Source: a virus (taxonomy: Duplodnaviria; Caudoviricetes). Taken from it: 64,000 nucleotides of DNA. This document shows, piece by piece, positions 40,415-50,194 of the stretch. How positions within the stretch are numbered: the first letter of the stretch is position 1; each line of letters opens with the position of its first letter. The DNA lies in IMG/VR virus record IMGVR_UViG_3300027807_000003, positions 1-64,000 of that record. One strand, given 5' to 3'. The notes under the pieces were generated by a model. The model saw nothing but the letters and a program-made list of their open reading frames with translations, made no database searches and had not been told where the DNA came from. The position numbers and the translations under genes are program-made.

Positions 40415-40753
40415 ATGGTAAATTCATACGGATTCAATGGTGCGATTCCCAAAGGGGCGATCGCTGCTAAATACAGTATCTACAATGGAGAATTCACTGG
40501 AAAGTTTTATTTTCCGCAAGAACTAATACCTGAGAACGATGAAAACTATTCTGTGGAAGCCCTGTATGGAGTATCTGTTAAAGATGCTCCTGCCTTGCAA
40601 AGCAGGAATGATAATTTTAGAGGGGTGTTTCTGATGCCAGAGCAGGCGATCAGCTACTCCGATGAATGGGCAGCAGAATATGGCAATAAATATATTGTCC
40701 AAGATCTGCTCAATAATGTCGTTATTCACGAATCTAGTGTCAATAACAAATAG
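40415..40753 (+). CDS. Hypothetical protein, paralogous to the C-terminus of 41970-42812
   Basis: IPKGAIA...KFYFP...VE.LY.V...A.SY.D...LNN shared. Confidence 0.75.
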   Translation: MVNSYGFNGAIPKGAIAAKYSIYNGEFTGKFYFPQELIPENDENYSVEALYGVSVKDAPALQSRNDNFRGVFLMPEQAISYSDEWAAEYGNKYIVQDLLNNVVIHESSVNNK

Positions 40754-40767
40754 GAGGAGAGATTAAC

Positions 40768-41562
40768 ATGACAAACGAAGAAATTCTACAAGAATTTAGA
40801 CTTCTAGCCTCCACACTGAAATATATATCAGGCTCCAGCGAACTGCGAGTTTGTGCATACCAATATCCGGATCTACAGTACAGTAGGTTCGAGATAATCA
40901 AACCTGATGCGATCACAGTTTCAACTGTTAACAAAATTAAGAAACTACAACACGTAGTAAACCTTAATCTGAAAGACCGAACAGGGTATGACTGGTATCT
41001 CGGTTTTGATGTGGTGGATGAGTTAATTGAACTCGCAGATCGCTCTAAGTTTAAGGTACTAGATCTGAGGGAATTACCCGCCTTGGATATCAGGGGGAAA
41101 GAAGAGGTATCTGTCTGGGATTCTTTGCTATATGGTGGTGATTGGACATCAGAGCCATACAAAAGTGAGTCCATTTGGGATGGCACTGTTAGTAAGCTGA
41201 CAGATCAGCAAATGGATTTTGTCTGGGAATCATTCCAGCGCCTACTTGATCACCATGTAGGTAAAGATCATGATGTATTGTTCAGAACAGGGTGGAGGGA
41301 AATTTATTCCTACTCAGATACGAAATTCGTAGCTGTAATCTGCCAAGGAATGAAAAGTAAAGATTTTTTTGATTTGGGAGAAAGATGGGCAAAAATGCAG
41401 CCTGAGCACTGTATCCTCTCTGAACCCAATGCTTTTAGCGAACTAGTAATAGACGGAGACAGTGTGAAAACACTACTCTATCTGCGTAAAGCAGACTATT
41501 ACAGTACCGAAGAAAGAGAATTTTTACCAAAGATAGAGATTAGGAGGATGTATGACAGTTAG
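40768..41562 (+). CDS. Hypothetical protein
   Basis: AGGAGG RBS. Confidence 0.75.
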   Translation: MTNEEILQEFRLLASTLKYISGSSELRVCAYQYPDLQYSRFEIIKPDAITVSTVNKIKKLQHVVNLNLKDRTGYDWYLGFDVVDELIELADRSKFKVLDLRELPALDIRGKEEVSVWDSLLYGGDWTSEPYKSESIWDGTVSKLTDQQMDFVWESFQRLLDHHVGKDHDVLFRTGWREIYSYSDTKFVAVICQGMKSKDFFDLGERWAKMQPEHCILSEPNAFSELVIDGDSVKTLLYLRKADYYSTEEREFLPKIEIRRMYDS

Positions 41563-41758
41563 AGCAAAAGCATTGGTAGCCCTGAATATTAAGAAAAATC
41601 GATTAGTTTGGGCTGGACGGGGCGAACAACCTAACGCCGATTTCCCACTCGGATCAGAGATTGGGGAAGTAGTTATAGGTAGTTCTGGTGAAAACTATGT
41701 ACAGATCAAAAACGAGAGGGGGACGTTCTTTGTGTCCCATGCTGATTACATCTGCTAG
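41552..41758 (+). CDS. Hypothetical protein
   Basis: AGGAGG RBS, overlaps the previous gene. Confidence 0.6.
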   Translation: MTVRAKALVALNIKKNRLVWAGRGEQPNADFPLGSEIGEVVIGSSGENYVQIKNERGTFFVSHADYIC

Positions 41759-41969
41759 ATGCACTAATTAGATGTTCATGCGATCGCTCCTCATGGGTTT
41801 ACGGATTGGGAGCGATCGCCCTACTAACCAATCTTGCCTGCACGAGTAGGGATTAATCCCTCTGTTCAGAACTCCTTGTAAGGGTCAAATTCTTACCAAT
41901 AAAAGGTTCTAAGACTTTTGAAGGGGATCTACTTGTAAGGGTTTTTTAAATTAAGGAGAGTCACAAATC

Positions 41970-42812
41970 ATGCTAAGATCATACAGCAGAGCAATTGACT
42001 TCAAGGTCGTCTGGGAAGCTACTAAAGCTCTTAGAAGTAATGGCTTCTATGTAGTCATAGGGAAAATGTTCGACTGCGATTCAGAAATTGCAGCATTAGC
42101 CATCTACTCAACACAGACCTATGTATTCGCAGGTTTTGTAAGGTTCGACCAAGGATGCCAGATGTACGAAGATGAAAAACGCAATGTACCTAATGTATTT
42201 TTCGTCTCTAATAAATATGTTCAGCAAGTCAGGGAGGTTCTTTCCTATGGCGAAATACAAGAGAATTTCGATTTTAGCCAATTCCCGCAAAGCTACTACC
42301 CAGACATTTTAGACACAACACTGCCTGAAGTATACAGATTCGACTTGGCACAGATTTTTAACAGAATTTTGTCTCCTGAACAGGTCAGGAAAGAGTATGA
42401 AGAGTATTTGGAAGAAGAGCGGTTGAAGGAGGAAACCAAGAGACAGATAAAAGGAAACTCAGTGGAGTATATAGAGGATCTGGGAGTGTTAAAAAGTAAG
42501 CATTCTTCTAGGGATACTAAAGACATTAAAATCCCTAAAGGTGCGATCGCGGTTGAGTATAACACAGCAAATAAACGGGTATGTAAATTCTATTTTCCTG
42601 GAGACAAGATACCTGAATCCATTGGTATGTTTCGGGTAGAGGGGTTATACCAAGTCACGACGTTTATTCAGTGCGAAGATGAGGAAGATCCTGAAAGGAT
42701 ATTTTTATACCCACAAGATGCTGTCAGCTATTGTGATAGCTTGAGTGATGAAAGTGGTAAGAAATGTTTCGTCAGAAATATGTTGAATAACAACTATATT
42801 TACGAAACGTGA
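41970..42812 (+). CDS. Hypothetical two-domain protein
   Basis: AAGGAG RBS; paralogous C-terminal domain. Confidence 0.75.
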   Translation: MLRSYSRAIDFKVVWEATKALRSNGFYVVIGKMFDCDSEIAALAIYSTQTYVFAGFVRFDQGCQMYEDEKRNVPNVFFVSNKYVQQVREVLSYGEIQENFDFSQFPQSYYPDILDTTLPEVYRFDLAQIFNRILSPEQVRKEYEEYLEEERLKEETKRQIKGNSVEYIEDLGVLKSKHSSRDTKDIKIPKGAIAVEYNTANKRVCKFYFPGDKIPESIGMFRVEGLYQVTTFIQCEDEEDPERIFLYPQDAVSYCDSLSDESGKKCFVRNMLNNNYIYET

Positions 42813-43175
42813 CTAGTGCCAGAAACCCCCAGATTCATCTGTGGGTTTGAAAAATAAACAACAAAATCCCCCACTTATTTGCATGAGTGGGGAACTCAGT
42901 GGAGTATGTAGAAGATCTGGGTTAAAAAGTGCTTCCCAGTCTTGAATGAACTATCCCCCGATAGAGTTGGATTCCTGACGATATCGGATATAATATGGTT
43001 AAAGCACCTAATAAAAGGTGAGGATTGGAACACGTTAATGATCCTGGCTGCGGTCATCGCCAAGAAGTTTTTACCTCTTGGCGATGACTATATTGAGGTT
43101 CTTGTACAGTCCCATAAACCAAAATCCCCCACTTATGCAAATAAGTGGGGGATTAGTCGTATTAGAGCATATGTT

Positions 43176-43457
43176 CTAATTATAGTAGCAGTTATCAAGA
43201 ATTCCGTCGTATTTAACGATAATCAAGCGAATGCTTTCAAGCAAAAACTCAACACTACATTGTTGTACAGAGTACTTGTTCGATAGCTCCTCAATTATCT
43301 CTGACAAATCGTAATCGCTTGGGTTGCCGGGATCTGCATCCATCCAAAATTGATGGATATCCTCACCAATCTGGCTGTTGTCTAAATAAACTTCCCCTTC
43401 CGCGATCGCCATCAACAGACGACGTTCTTTGATTGAAACTATTTGAGGATGTGGCAT
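43176..43457 (-). CDS. Hypothetical protein
   Basis: 93-aa ATG ORF, counter-oriented. Confidence 0.45.
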   Translation of the reverse strand: MPHPQIVSIKERRLLMAIAEGEVYLDNSQIGEDIHQFWMDADPGNPSDYDLSEIIEELSNKYSVQQCSVEFLLESIRLIIVKYDGILDNCYYN

Positions 43458-43642
43458 ATAATTACTGTAAATCTAGGTACACCATGTTCGCACCCACCCA
43501 TTTTTTTAGTGGGTGATTTTTTATGTCTTAAATCTAACTCAATATGTATATATTCGTCAAGTATAAATACTTTAGCAAACTATTTCACTTTCCTAAAAAA
43601 ATACCAACTAACATAGAAGTGTAAACTTTTCCCTCTTAAGAT

Positions 43643-43924
43643 ATGCTGCGAAAGTTACACCTCATAAGGCTAAAAAAGCCACACCAAATTAACTATACGG
43701 TGATGTTACTAATAACACTTCTAGCTATTTTAGGTACTACCAAGTGGCATATTGTCTATTCTTCAACCTCAAATAAACCAAATGGTTGGGAGGTCGAGAC
43801 TTACCCCGATAAGCTGTGGCCATATACGACAACGTTATTATTTAGCCTTGGTATACCCTTTGATAGCATCAACAAGGAAAAAATAGTTAAGCTCATCTCT
43901 GCTATCTCAGCATTATATAAATAG
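43643..43924 (+). CDS. Small membrane protein
   Basis: Two hydrophobic stretches. Confidence 0.5.
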   Translation: MLRKLHLIRLKKPHQINYTVMLLITLLAILGTTKWHIVYSSTSNKPNGWEVETYPDKLWPYTTTLLFSLGIPFDSINKEKIVKLISAISALYK

Positions 43925-43936
43925 TGGAATATATGT

Positions 43937-44560
43937 GTGATTCAATCAATCTTAAAAAAGCTGAAAAAAGCTTTACAAAAAACCAAAACTATCGGACAGA
44001 AACACCCCAAGGTAATTAAAACGAAATATGGAAAAAAATGCGCGGTCTTCCAAATTCATGACCCCCAATTCATCGCCACATTCAGAGTCACACCGTACTC
44101 TGTCGAGGTGGGAGATTTTGAGTATATATTCAAAATTCGTATTTTGCCCGGTTTCGAGGAAGAAATTCTTGGGGAATTCGATGGGGAAGTTATCTCTGTA
44201 CCATCGGATCTGTCTAAAGATGGCCTGTGTGTATATGAGTTTTCGATACTCGCTTTATTTCCTAATGGCGCTAGTCGGGTTCTGTATTGTATTTACATCG
44301 ATTCTTATAATCCCAACCGTACCAGGGTTAGTAGAATCCTCGGCGCCACAGCTAGGAGGATCGCATATAAATCACTTCAGGTAGTCCACGACCCTAAAAA
44401 CGGTTTAAGCCACACATGGCGATCGCTGATGGCAGAGAGAAACTGGCTTCTAGAACTCAGTGAGGCGATCGCCATGTTTGAAGAATCAGATCCCGATCTC
44501 AAAAACCAACACATCAGTACATCGATAGTGCTGATGTATCAAGCGGATTTGTATTACTAA
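43937..44560 (+). CDS. Hypothetical protein
   Basis: 207-aa ORF. Confidence 0.7.
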   Translation: MIQSILKKLKKALQKTKTIGQKHPKVIKTKYGKKCAVFQIHDPQFIATFRVTPYSVEVGDFEYIFKIRILPGFEEEILGEFDGEVISVPSDLSKDGLCVYEFSILALFPNGASRVLYCIYIDSYNPNRTRVSRILGATARRIAYKSLQVVHDPKNGLSHTWRSLMAERNWLLELSEAIAMFEESDPDLKNQHISTSIVLMYQADLYY

Positions 44561-44612
44561 CTTTTTTGACATAAGAGTTATCTTTGGTGTTGATAACTCG
44601 CAATCAAAAATA

Positions 44613-44825
44613 ATGGGACGAAAGAAACGAAATAAAGATGCAGTAATCCTAAGGATTTCACCAGAGAAGCGCGATCGCCTGGAGAAAGCCTTGGTACAGC
44701 TAGGTTTCACATATTGTAGAGGTGGAAATCGCTTCGCCTCATGGTCAAAATGGGTAGAGGCGATCGCAGATGGAGATATAATTTGTTACAAGAAAATCCC
44801 CTTAGACATTGACAACGATCAATAA
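44613..44825 (+). CDS. Ribbon-helix-helix-like regulator
   Basis: VILRISPEKRDRLEK; upstream TTGACA and GAGTTATC...GATAACTC palindrome. Confidence 0.65.
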   Translation: MGRKKRNKDAVILRISPEKRDRLEKALVQLGFTYCRGGNRFASWSKWVEAIADGDIICYKKIPLDIDNDQ

Positions 44826-44876
44826 CTGATTTACAGTTTCTGTAAGTATTTTCAAAAATGAAATGAAAGAGGAAAA

Positions 44877-46046
44877 ATGCCAATCGCTGGTTTAAAGCAG
44901 AGAACTGAAATAGGCAGAATTAAAATTAAAGTCTACAAAGGTGATCCCAAAAAGAATGGGACCACCTTTGGTCCTGACCTAAACGAAAAACTCAGGATTA
45001 CTACAGGTGATATGGCCTGTATGCACGTACTGAAAAAGTACTATGGTGATGTAAAGTACGACCAAGTAAATAAACTCTGGCACTTTCACACTGAGTCCAT
45101 CAATATTTACCTTCCCTATGATCAAGTCACCAAGGTATTTGTTACCGCGATGGAAAGATGGGATGCTAGTACCTTAAAGCTGAGGTGCGATCGCAATACC
45201 ATCACCCACGAAATGGTACAAACTAAGGACGCAAAAGGCAATGTTTGCAATAACTTACTAGAAGTTAACAAAGAATGCCCAGTTGCTGGGGAACATCTAG
45301 GGTATGAATGCCCCAACGGATGTGATGCGATCGGTGTTCTGTATTTCTACATCAGGGAGATAATGGACGAAGGATACCCGCTCATACCCTGCCAGCTAAC
45401 TACGCACTCCTATGAGGATCTAGTGTATTTTGGGGATGAGGAGGAAGGTCAACTAGCAAGAATCAAAGAGTGGTTAGGTGGGCTATCGCAATCCCCATTC
45501 CCATGCCAAGCCTTTAGCCACTACATTCCCTACACCTTAGGGCGCACGAAAGTTGATATTAAGCGACCAGTGCTAGATAACAAGGTGCGGACTGGCAAGA
45601 AAGCTGCTGGTGTAACCTTTGCCTTATCTTTGGAGGTTCTGCCTGTATATGTGCAGCTTTTCCAAGTTTGGCAACACATTCAGAGTCAAAAACAGTATCA
45701 GCTTCCGGTTTCTGACAAAATGGTAGCCGGACTGCTTAAGGGTGACATCATCGACGTAGATGCTACACCAGTACAAGAAAGGCAGCTACCCCCCGCTGCT
45801 ACGTCCCAACAACTGCCCCCAGCGGCTTCTTCCACTACTGAAGTTTGGCGTAGCTGGAGAAATGAGGAAGACGCGATCGCATGGGCGATGGCAGAACTGC
45901 CAAATTTCCCCCGTGAGGAGTTAGTTGAAGTATTAGCACAAGTTCTACCAGATCAATCTGGTAAAAAAGCACCTGCATTTATGGCGCAGATATTACGATT
46001 TCAGCAACAGATTGAGGATCAAGAATATGACGAGAAGGAGTGGTAG
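44877..46046 (+). CDS. Recombination-directionality-factor-like (Gp3-like) protein
   Basis: K.YKG.PK, ME.WDAS.LKLRCD, CP...CP.GC..IG.LYF.I.E. Confidence 0.6.
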   Translation: MPIAGLKQRTEIGRIKIKVYKGDPKKNGTTFGPDLNEKLRITTGDMACMHVLKKYYGDVKYDQVNKLWHFHTESINIYLPYDQVTKVFVTAMERWDASTLKLRCDRNTITHEMVQTKDAKGNVCNNLLEVNKECPVAGEHLGYECPNGCDAIGVLYFYIREIMDEGYPLIPCQLTTHSYEDLVYFGDEEEGQLARIKEWLGGLSQSPFPCQAFSHYIPYTLGRTKVDIKRPVLDNKVRTGKKAAGVTFALSLEVLPVYVQLFQVWQHIQSQKQYQLPVSDKMVAGLLKGDIIDVDATPVQERQLPPAATSQQLPPAASSTTEVWRSWRNEEDAIAWAMAELPNFPREELVEVLAQVLPDQSGKKAPAFMAQILRFQQQIEDQEYDEKEW

Positions 46047-46633
46047 TGAGGAATAAACTAGATCGCTATAACTCACCATTCTGGTATGCAACATACCTGC
46101 AAGAAGAGATTCATTTTTACGGAAACATCTTTGAGCCGTGTAACGGTGGGGGGAACTTATCTAGGGTTTTAGCCAAAATCCCCCATACAAGGGTTATCAC
46201 TAACGATATCGATTTAGAAGAGGAAGCTGATTTTCATCTTGATGTCACCGAACCATATAGTTGGAAGCATCTACCAGATTGTGATTGGGTGGTCACAAAT
46301 CCACCCTTTAGTGATGCGTTCCCTATTCTAAAGAACGCCTACCAAAAAGCTACTGGTGGTGTGGTGATGTTTCTGCGGCAGTCATTTGCAGAACCGACAG
46401 GCGATCGCGCCATGTGGCTCTACGAGCACCCACCACACGTTGTCTATGTTTACCCCCGGTTCAAGTTCAAGATGAACGATAAAGGGAGGTGGCAGACAGA
46501 CACCAGTACCATTGCTGCCTTTGTGTGGATAAAATTCGCCAAACCACCAAGGCGATCAGGTTTGATTAGTGTACCTAAATCGCTAATCAAGGACTATTAC
46601 GATAACCCCGATAAGGAACCTATCGAACCATGA
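46040..46633 (+). CDS. Small N6-adenine DNA methyltransferase
   Basis: EPCNGGG, TNDID, TNPPF. Confidence 0.85.
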   Translation: MVVRNKLDRYNSPFWYATYLQEEIHFYGNIFEPCNGGGNLSRVLAKIPHTRVITNDIDLEEEADFHLDVTEPYSWKHLPDCDWVVTNPPFSDAFPILKNAYQKATGGVVMFLRQSFAEPTGDRAMWLYEHPPHVVYVYPRFKFKMNDKGRWQTDTSTIAAFVWIKFAKPPRRSGLISVPKSLIKDYYDNPDKEPIEP

Positions 46634-47418
46634 CAACTAAAATCGAGTGGACGCAGGAGACTTGGAACCCTATTGTAGGGTGTAGTAAAATCTCACCTGG
46701 TTGTGTAAACTGCTATGCAATGACAGCGGCGAACCACCCCCGTCTGCAACAATACCCCCAGTATCAATCAGTCGCTAAATGGGACGGAACAATTGAGTTT
46801 GTACAATCTCAATTGAATAAACCGACGAAGTGGCGATCGCCCAAAAGGATTTTTGTCTGTTCAATGTCGGACCTATTCCATCCTAATGTTTCGCACGACC
46901 AAATACGGATGATAATGAATGTCATCAGGTCGTGCCCACAGCATACCTTTCAGGTTTTAACTAAGCGGCCAGATAAGATGGCGGAATTTTTTGAAATCAG
47001 CGGTGAAAACTCCTACACATTGCCTAATCTGTGGGTGGGCACATCGGTAGAAGATAGCAAATCTGCAAAAGCTCGGATTCCCATACTCGCTAAAATACCT
47101 GCCGCGATCAGGTTTCTATCCTGCGAACCACTACTAGAGATGGTTGATCTGTCATTTATGGGAAAGGAGATTGACTGGGTGATTGTTGGTGGTGAGTCCG
47201 GTCCCGATGCCCGCCCTTGTCAAATCAAATGGATAGAGGGAATAGTGCAAGATTGCAAGAACTCAAAAATCCCAGTATTTGTAAAACAATTAGGAAGCTT
47301 TTTCTTGGATGACCCTCATTCTATTCTGTACCCAAAACTTAAGGGTAAGCGATCTGATTTTGACCTTTTCCCAGATGCTGTACGCTACCGAGAATTCCCA
47401 AAACTAAAAAATGCCTGA
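46630..47418 (+). CDS. Phage gp37/gp68 (DUF5131) family protein
   Basis: IEWT..TWNPIVGC.KISPGC.NCYA, SMSDLFH, LTKRP, WVIVGGESG. Confidence 0.92.
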   Translation: MTTKIEWTQETWNPIVGCSKISPGCVNCYAMTAANHPRLQQYPQYQSVAKWDGTIEFVQSQLNKPTKWRSPKRIFVCSMSDLFHPNVSHDQIRMIMNVIRSCPQHTFQVLTKRPDKMAEFFEISGENSYTLPNLWVGTSVEDSKSAKARIPILAKIPAAIRFLSCEPLLEMVDLSFMGKEIDWVIVGGESGPDARPCQIKWIEGIVQDCKNSKIPVFVKQLGSFFLDDPHSILYPKLKGKRSDFDLFPDAVRYREFPKLKNA

Positions 47419-47602
47419 AAACCTTGATTTTTCTAACCTAGAAACTACTGCACAAATCCTATTTAACGCAGTTAGCTCTGTCACAAACTGGAAAGACAGT
47501 AATGGTGCTCCAATCCCTAAATGGGATGAACTCTCACCCCAAACTCAAACATTTTGGGCGATCGCTGCAAACAATTTTTTAATTCTTCCTAGGAGAGAAT
47601 AG
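47411..47602 (+). CDS. Hypothetical protein
   Basis: Coupled small ORF. Confidence 0.6.
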   Translation: MPENLDFSNLETTAQILFNAVSSVTNWKDSNGAPIPKWDELSPQTQTFWAIAANNFLILPRRE

Positions 47603-47606
47603 TCTG

Positions 47607-48344
47607 ATGCTCGACGAAGTAGACGCAATAGAAAGAATCGCAAGCTTTTGTAGGCGATTCGGGATAAATCACTGGTACTTAGCTTATCATGCTGCTTTCC
47701 CTCAGAGAATTACGCCTGAACTTCTTACTGAAATTCGAGAAAGATTTGTTCATGATTCACACTGGGGAGCCATTAGTGACCTACTTTTATCCAGACTGTT
47801 TCAAGAGGTCGGATATGAACTTTACGAGATGGATGTTACGTTGCGTAATATTTTGTTACATGAATTAATTTCATTTGAGAAGTATGGTAAGCGACGATTG
47901 GTTGAGCTAGCTAACTTTTATCTCGAATGGGTTTCCAAAAATCCAAGAAGAGTTTCTGAAAAAGGGTTTACACACCCTTCTGTCTGGATACCACTGATCT
48001 TGGGTGAAGAACCCACAAAACATCTAAATTACCATCTAGCGATCGCAATTCAATCAGGGCTACAAAAAGGTGATCTAAAAGAGTTGTTTCGATTAGCAAT
48101 GTTTGCAGAAAATACCCCACCAGTGTTGGTGGATATTAATCCTTTATTACTCACTTACTGTAAGGGATTACATGAACTCGTTGTTCTCAGCGGTGGTGTA
48201 GAATGTGCGCTAAAAAAGTTCAAGGAGCTTGTAGACCAAGGGTATACAAATCTAAATGTTTTTGGTGTTAACTTACCAATCCTTGAAAGAGATACTCTGG
48301 AGAAATTGTTGAATCCAAGAAGACAGGAAGTGGAAGAAGAGTAG
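47607..48344 (+). CDS. Isolated helical domain like the N-terminus of cyanobacterial MoxR-vWA-associated effector proteins
   Basis: RI.SF..RFG..H..LAYHAAFP..ITPELL...W.AISDLLLS.L..EVGYELYEMD..LRN.LL. Confidence 0.65.
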   Translation: MLDEVDAIERIASFCRRFGINHWYLAYHAAFPQRITPELLTEIRERFVHDSHWGAISDLLLSRLFQEVGYELYEMDVTLRNILLHELISFEKYGKRRLVELANFYLEWVSKNPRRVSEKGFTHPSVWIPLILGEEPTKHLNYHLAIAIQSGLQKGDLKELFRLAMFAENTPPVLVDINPLLLTYCKGLHELVVLSGGVECALKKFKELVDQGYTNLNVFGVNLPILERDTLEKLLNPRRQEVEEE

Positions 48345-48360
48345 CTTTTAAGCTATAATT

Positions 48361-48732
48361 TTGACAAAGATCGATAAATATAAATGCCGGGTGTGTTATA
48401 CACACCCTTTTTCAAACTTAGGGGGAGATGAAATGAGCGCCAGAATTAGACTTGAAACAGAATTGAAGAAGTACTTTCCTAATCTTGAATGGCGGATTGA
48501 AGGTTTAGGTACATATGCAAGAGCTACATCCGAGGTTTCTATATTATTGTTGAAAATAGATACCACGAGTGATGGTTCAAATTACGCTAACGTTTTTGTC
48601 GGATCAACTTCGGGTCCTAGACTTTTTTATGTTAATCAACCTACTAAGGTTACTCTCCATCAAGCAGTTGAATCAATGCAAGTATTTTTGAGAGGATTAG
48701 GAACGCAATTAATGGAGGTAACTAATCAATGA
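48361..48732 (+). CDS. Hypothetical protein (start may be ATG 48433)
   Basis: ORF in operon. Confidence 0.6.
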   Translation: MTKIDKYKCRVCYTHPFSNLGGDEMSARIRLETELKKYFPNLEWRIEGLGTYARATSEVSILLLKIDTTSDGSNYANVFVGSTSGPRLFYVNQPTKVTLHQAVESMQVFLRGLGTQLMEVTNQ

Positions 48733-49184
48733 AGGCTTTCTCCGTGCAGCAGCCTTACGCAGGATTTTTTGTTGCTTTGAATAGGAGCGATAGTACTCCT
48801 ATTAAGCAGTGGGAGACTGGAAGACTAAAAACAAATTACAGAGGACCAATAGTAATTTGTTCAAGTCGTGTAAAAAGTGCAAAAATTAATAGAGAATTAC
48901 GCGAAAAGTTCGCGGATCTGATAAACCAATCACACCTAAATCAGCTGATAACTTCTTATGCCGGAAGTGCGATCGCTATAGCTGATTTAGTAGATTGCCT
49001 ACCAATCACCCAAGAGCTAATCGACCAACAGACAGAATTAGAGAAGAGAGTGGGTTTTTGGGTGTTGGGCGATCACACTAAATACGCTTGGAAACTAGAG
49101 AATGTCCGCCGAATCCCTGTACCATTCCCTGTACGTGGGCAATTAGGGATTTACAATTTACCCTACGAAATTGAAATAGCATGA
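48729..49184 (+). CDS. ASCH-domain protein
   Basis: MKAFSVQQPYA...K.WET...TNYRG..YAWKLENVR..P.PVRGQLG. Confidence 0.9.
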   Translation: MKAFSVQQPYAGFFVALNRSDSTPIKQWETGRLKTNYRGPIVICSSRVKSAKINRELREKFADLINQSHLNQLITSYAGSAIAIADLVDCLPITQELIDQQTELEKRVGFWVLGDHTKYAWKLENVRRIPVPFPVRGQLGIYNLPYEIEIA

Positions 49185-50194
49185 TCGACATCGGTAGTAT
49201 CTGTTCCGGTATGGGAATGGGCTTACACGGGTTAGGTACGCCAAAGTGGGGAATTGAGTACGATGAAAAGATCGCCCAAGTCTACAAACTCAATCACCCT
49301 ACCTCACAGATCTATGTCCAACCTGTAGAATCAATCATCCCATCCACGCTGCAAGACGTAGACCTAATCATTGCTACTCCCAGTTGTCAAAATGCATCAA
49401 TCGCCAAAGGTGAGTCCATCGAAGCTCCTGAAGACTACAGGGTAGGGCAGGCGATCGCCCAAATAATTTCCACTAAACTCCCCAAATTCTTCATGCTAGA
49501 AAACGTCTGGGGATATCGTAATTTTGATGCGTTCAAAACCATTATTGCTGCTCTTAACAGGAATGGCTATTACTTGCAGTATTATCATCTGAACTTAGCT
49601 GACTGGGGTATTGCCCAATCCAGATTCCGTCTTTACCTGTTAGCTATCAGACATGGTGCGTTCTGGGATGTAGTCCCACCCCAACTACCAAAGGTAGGAT
49701 GGTATGAGGCGATCGCGGATCTAATCCCCGAACTTCCAGAGTCTCAGTTATGTGATTGGCAACTCAAGAAATTCCCCAATTTGTCTCAAGTCTGCCTAAT
49801 CCCTGACCATTCCAACTGGACTCCTTTAGTCCCTCCCACAAAACCAGCAAATACTATTCGCGCTGGACATACCACATTCAAAGCTTTGGTTAAACGGGCT
49901 GGTGGTGGACGGGACAGCGATCGCCTTTACCTCCCATCAGACCCACCACCAACTATCAAAGCGATGTGTGGTCAGCAGTATCGCCAACTTGATGCAATAG
50001 TTGGGGATGCGATCGTTTGTGTGACTCCCCGCGCTTGTCTCCGGTTCTTTGGGAATAAGGAGATAGCAGATAATATTTGGCTACCACCTCAAAAGGGTTT
50101 AGCTACAAAGGTGGTAGGGAATGGAGCTAGCTGGCAAATTTTCGGGCAATTGTTTAATCACTTACAACTATCATGTGACATTAACGTCGCTTAA
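49181..50194 (+). CDS. DNA cytosine-C5 methyltransferase (TPSCQ variant)
   Basis: CSGMG, TPSCQ, ENV, QSRFR, VGN. Confidence 0.85.
   Translation: MIDIGSICSGMGMGLHGLGTPKWGIEYDEKIAQVYKLNHPTSQIYVQPVESIIPSTLQDVDLIIATPSCQNASIAKGESIEAPEDYRVGQAIAQIISTKLPKFFMLENVWGYRNFDAFKTIIAALNRNGYYLQYYHLNLADWGIAQSRFRLYLLAIRHGAFWDVVPPQLPKVGWYEAIADLIPELPESQLCDWQLKKFPNLSQVCLIPDHSNWTPLVPPTKPANTIRAGHTTFKALVKRAGGGRDSDRLYLPSDPPPTIKAMCGQQYRQLDAIVGDAIVCVTPRACLRFFGNKEIADNIWLPPQKGLATKVVGNGASWQIFGQLFNHLQLSCDINVA

Noticed and set aside
42942-43286. 114-aa plus-strand ORF
   Set aside because: TTG start without RBS, spans an element-end hairpin and overlaps the minus-strand ORF
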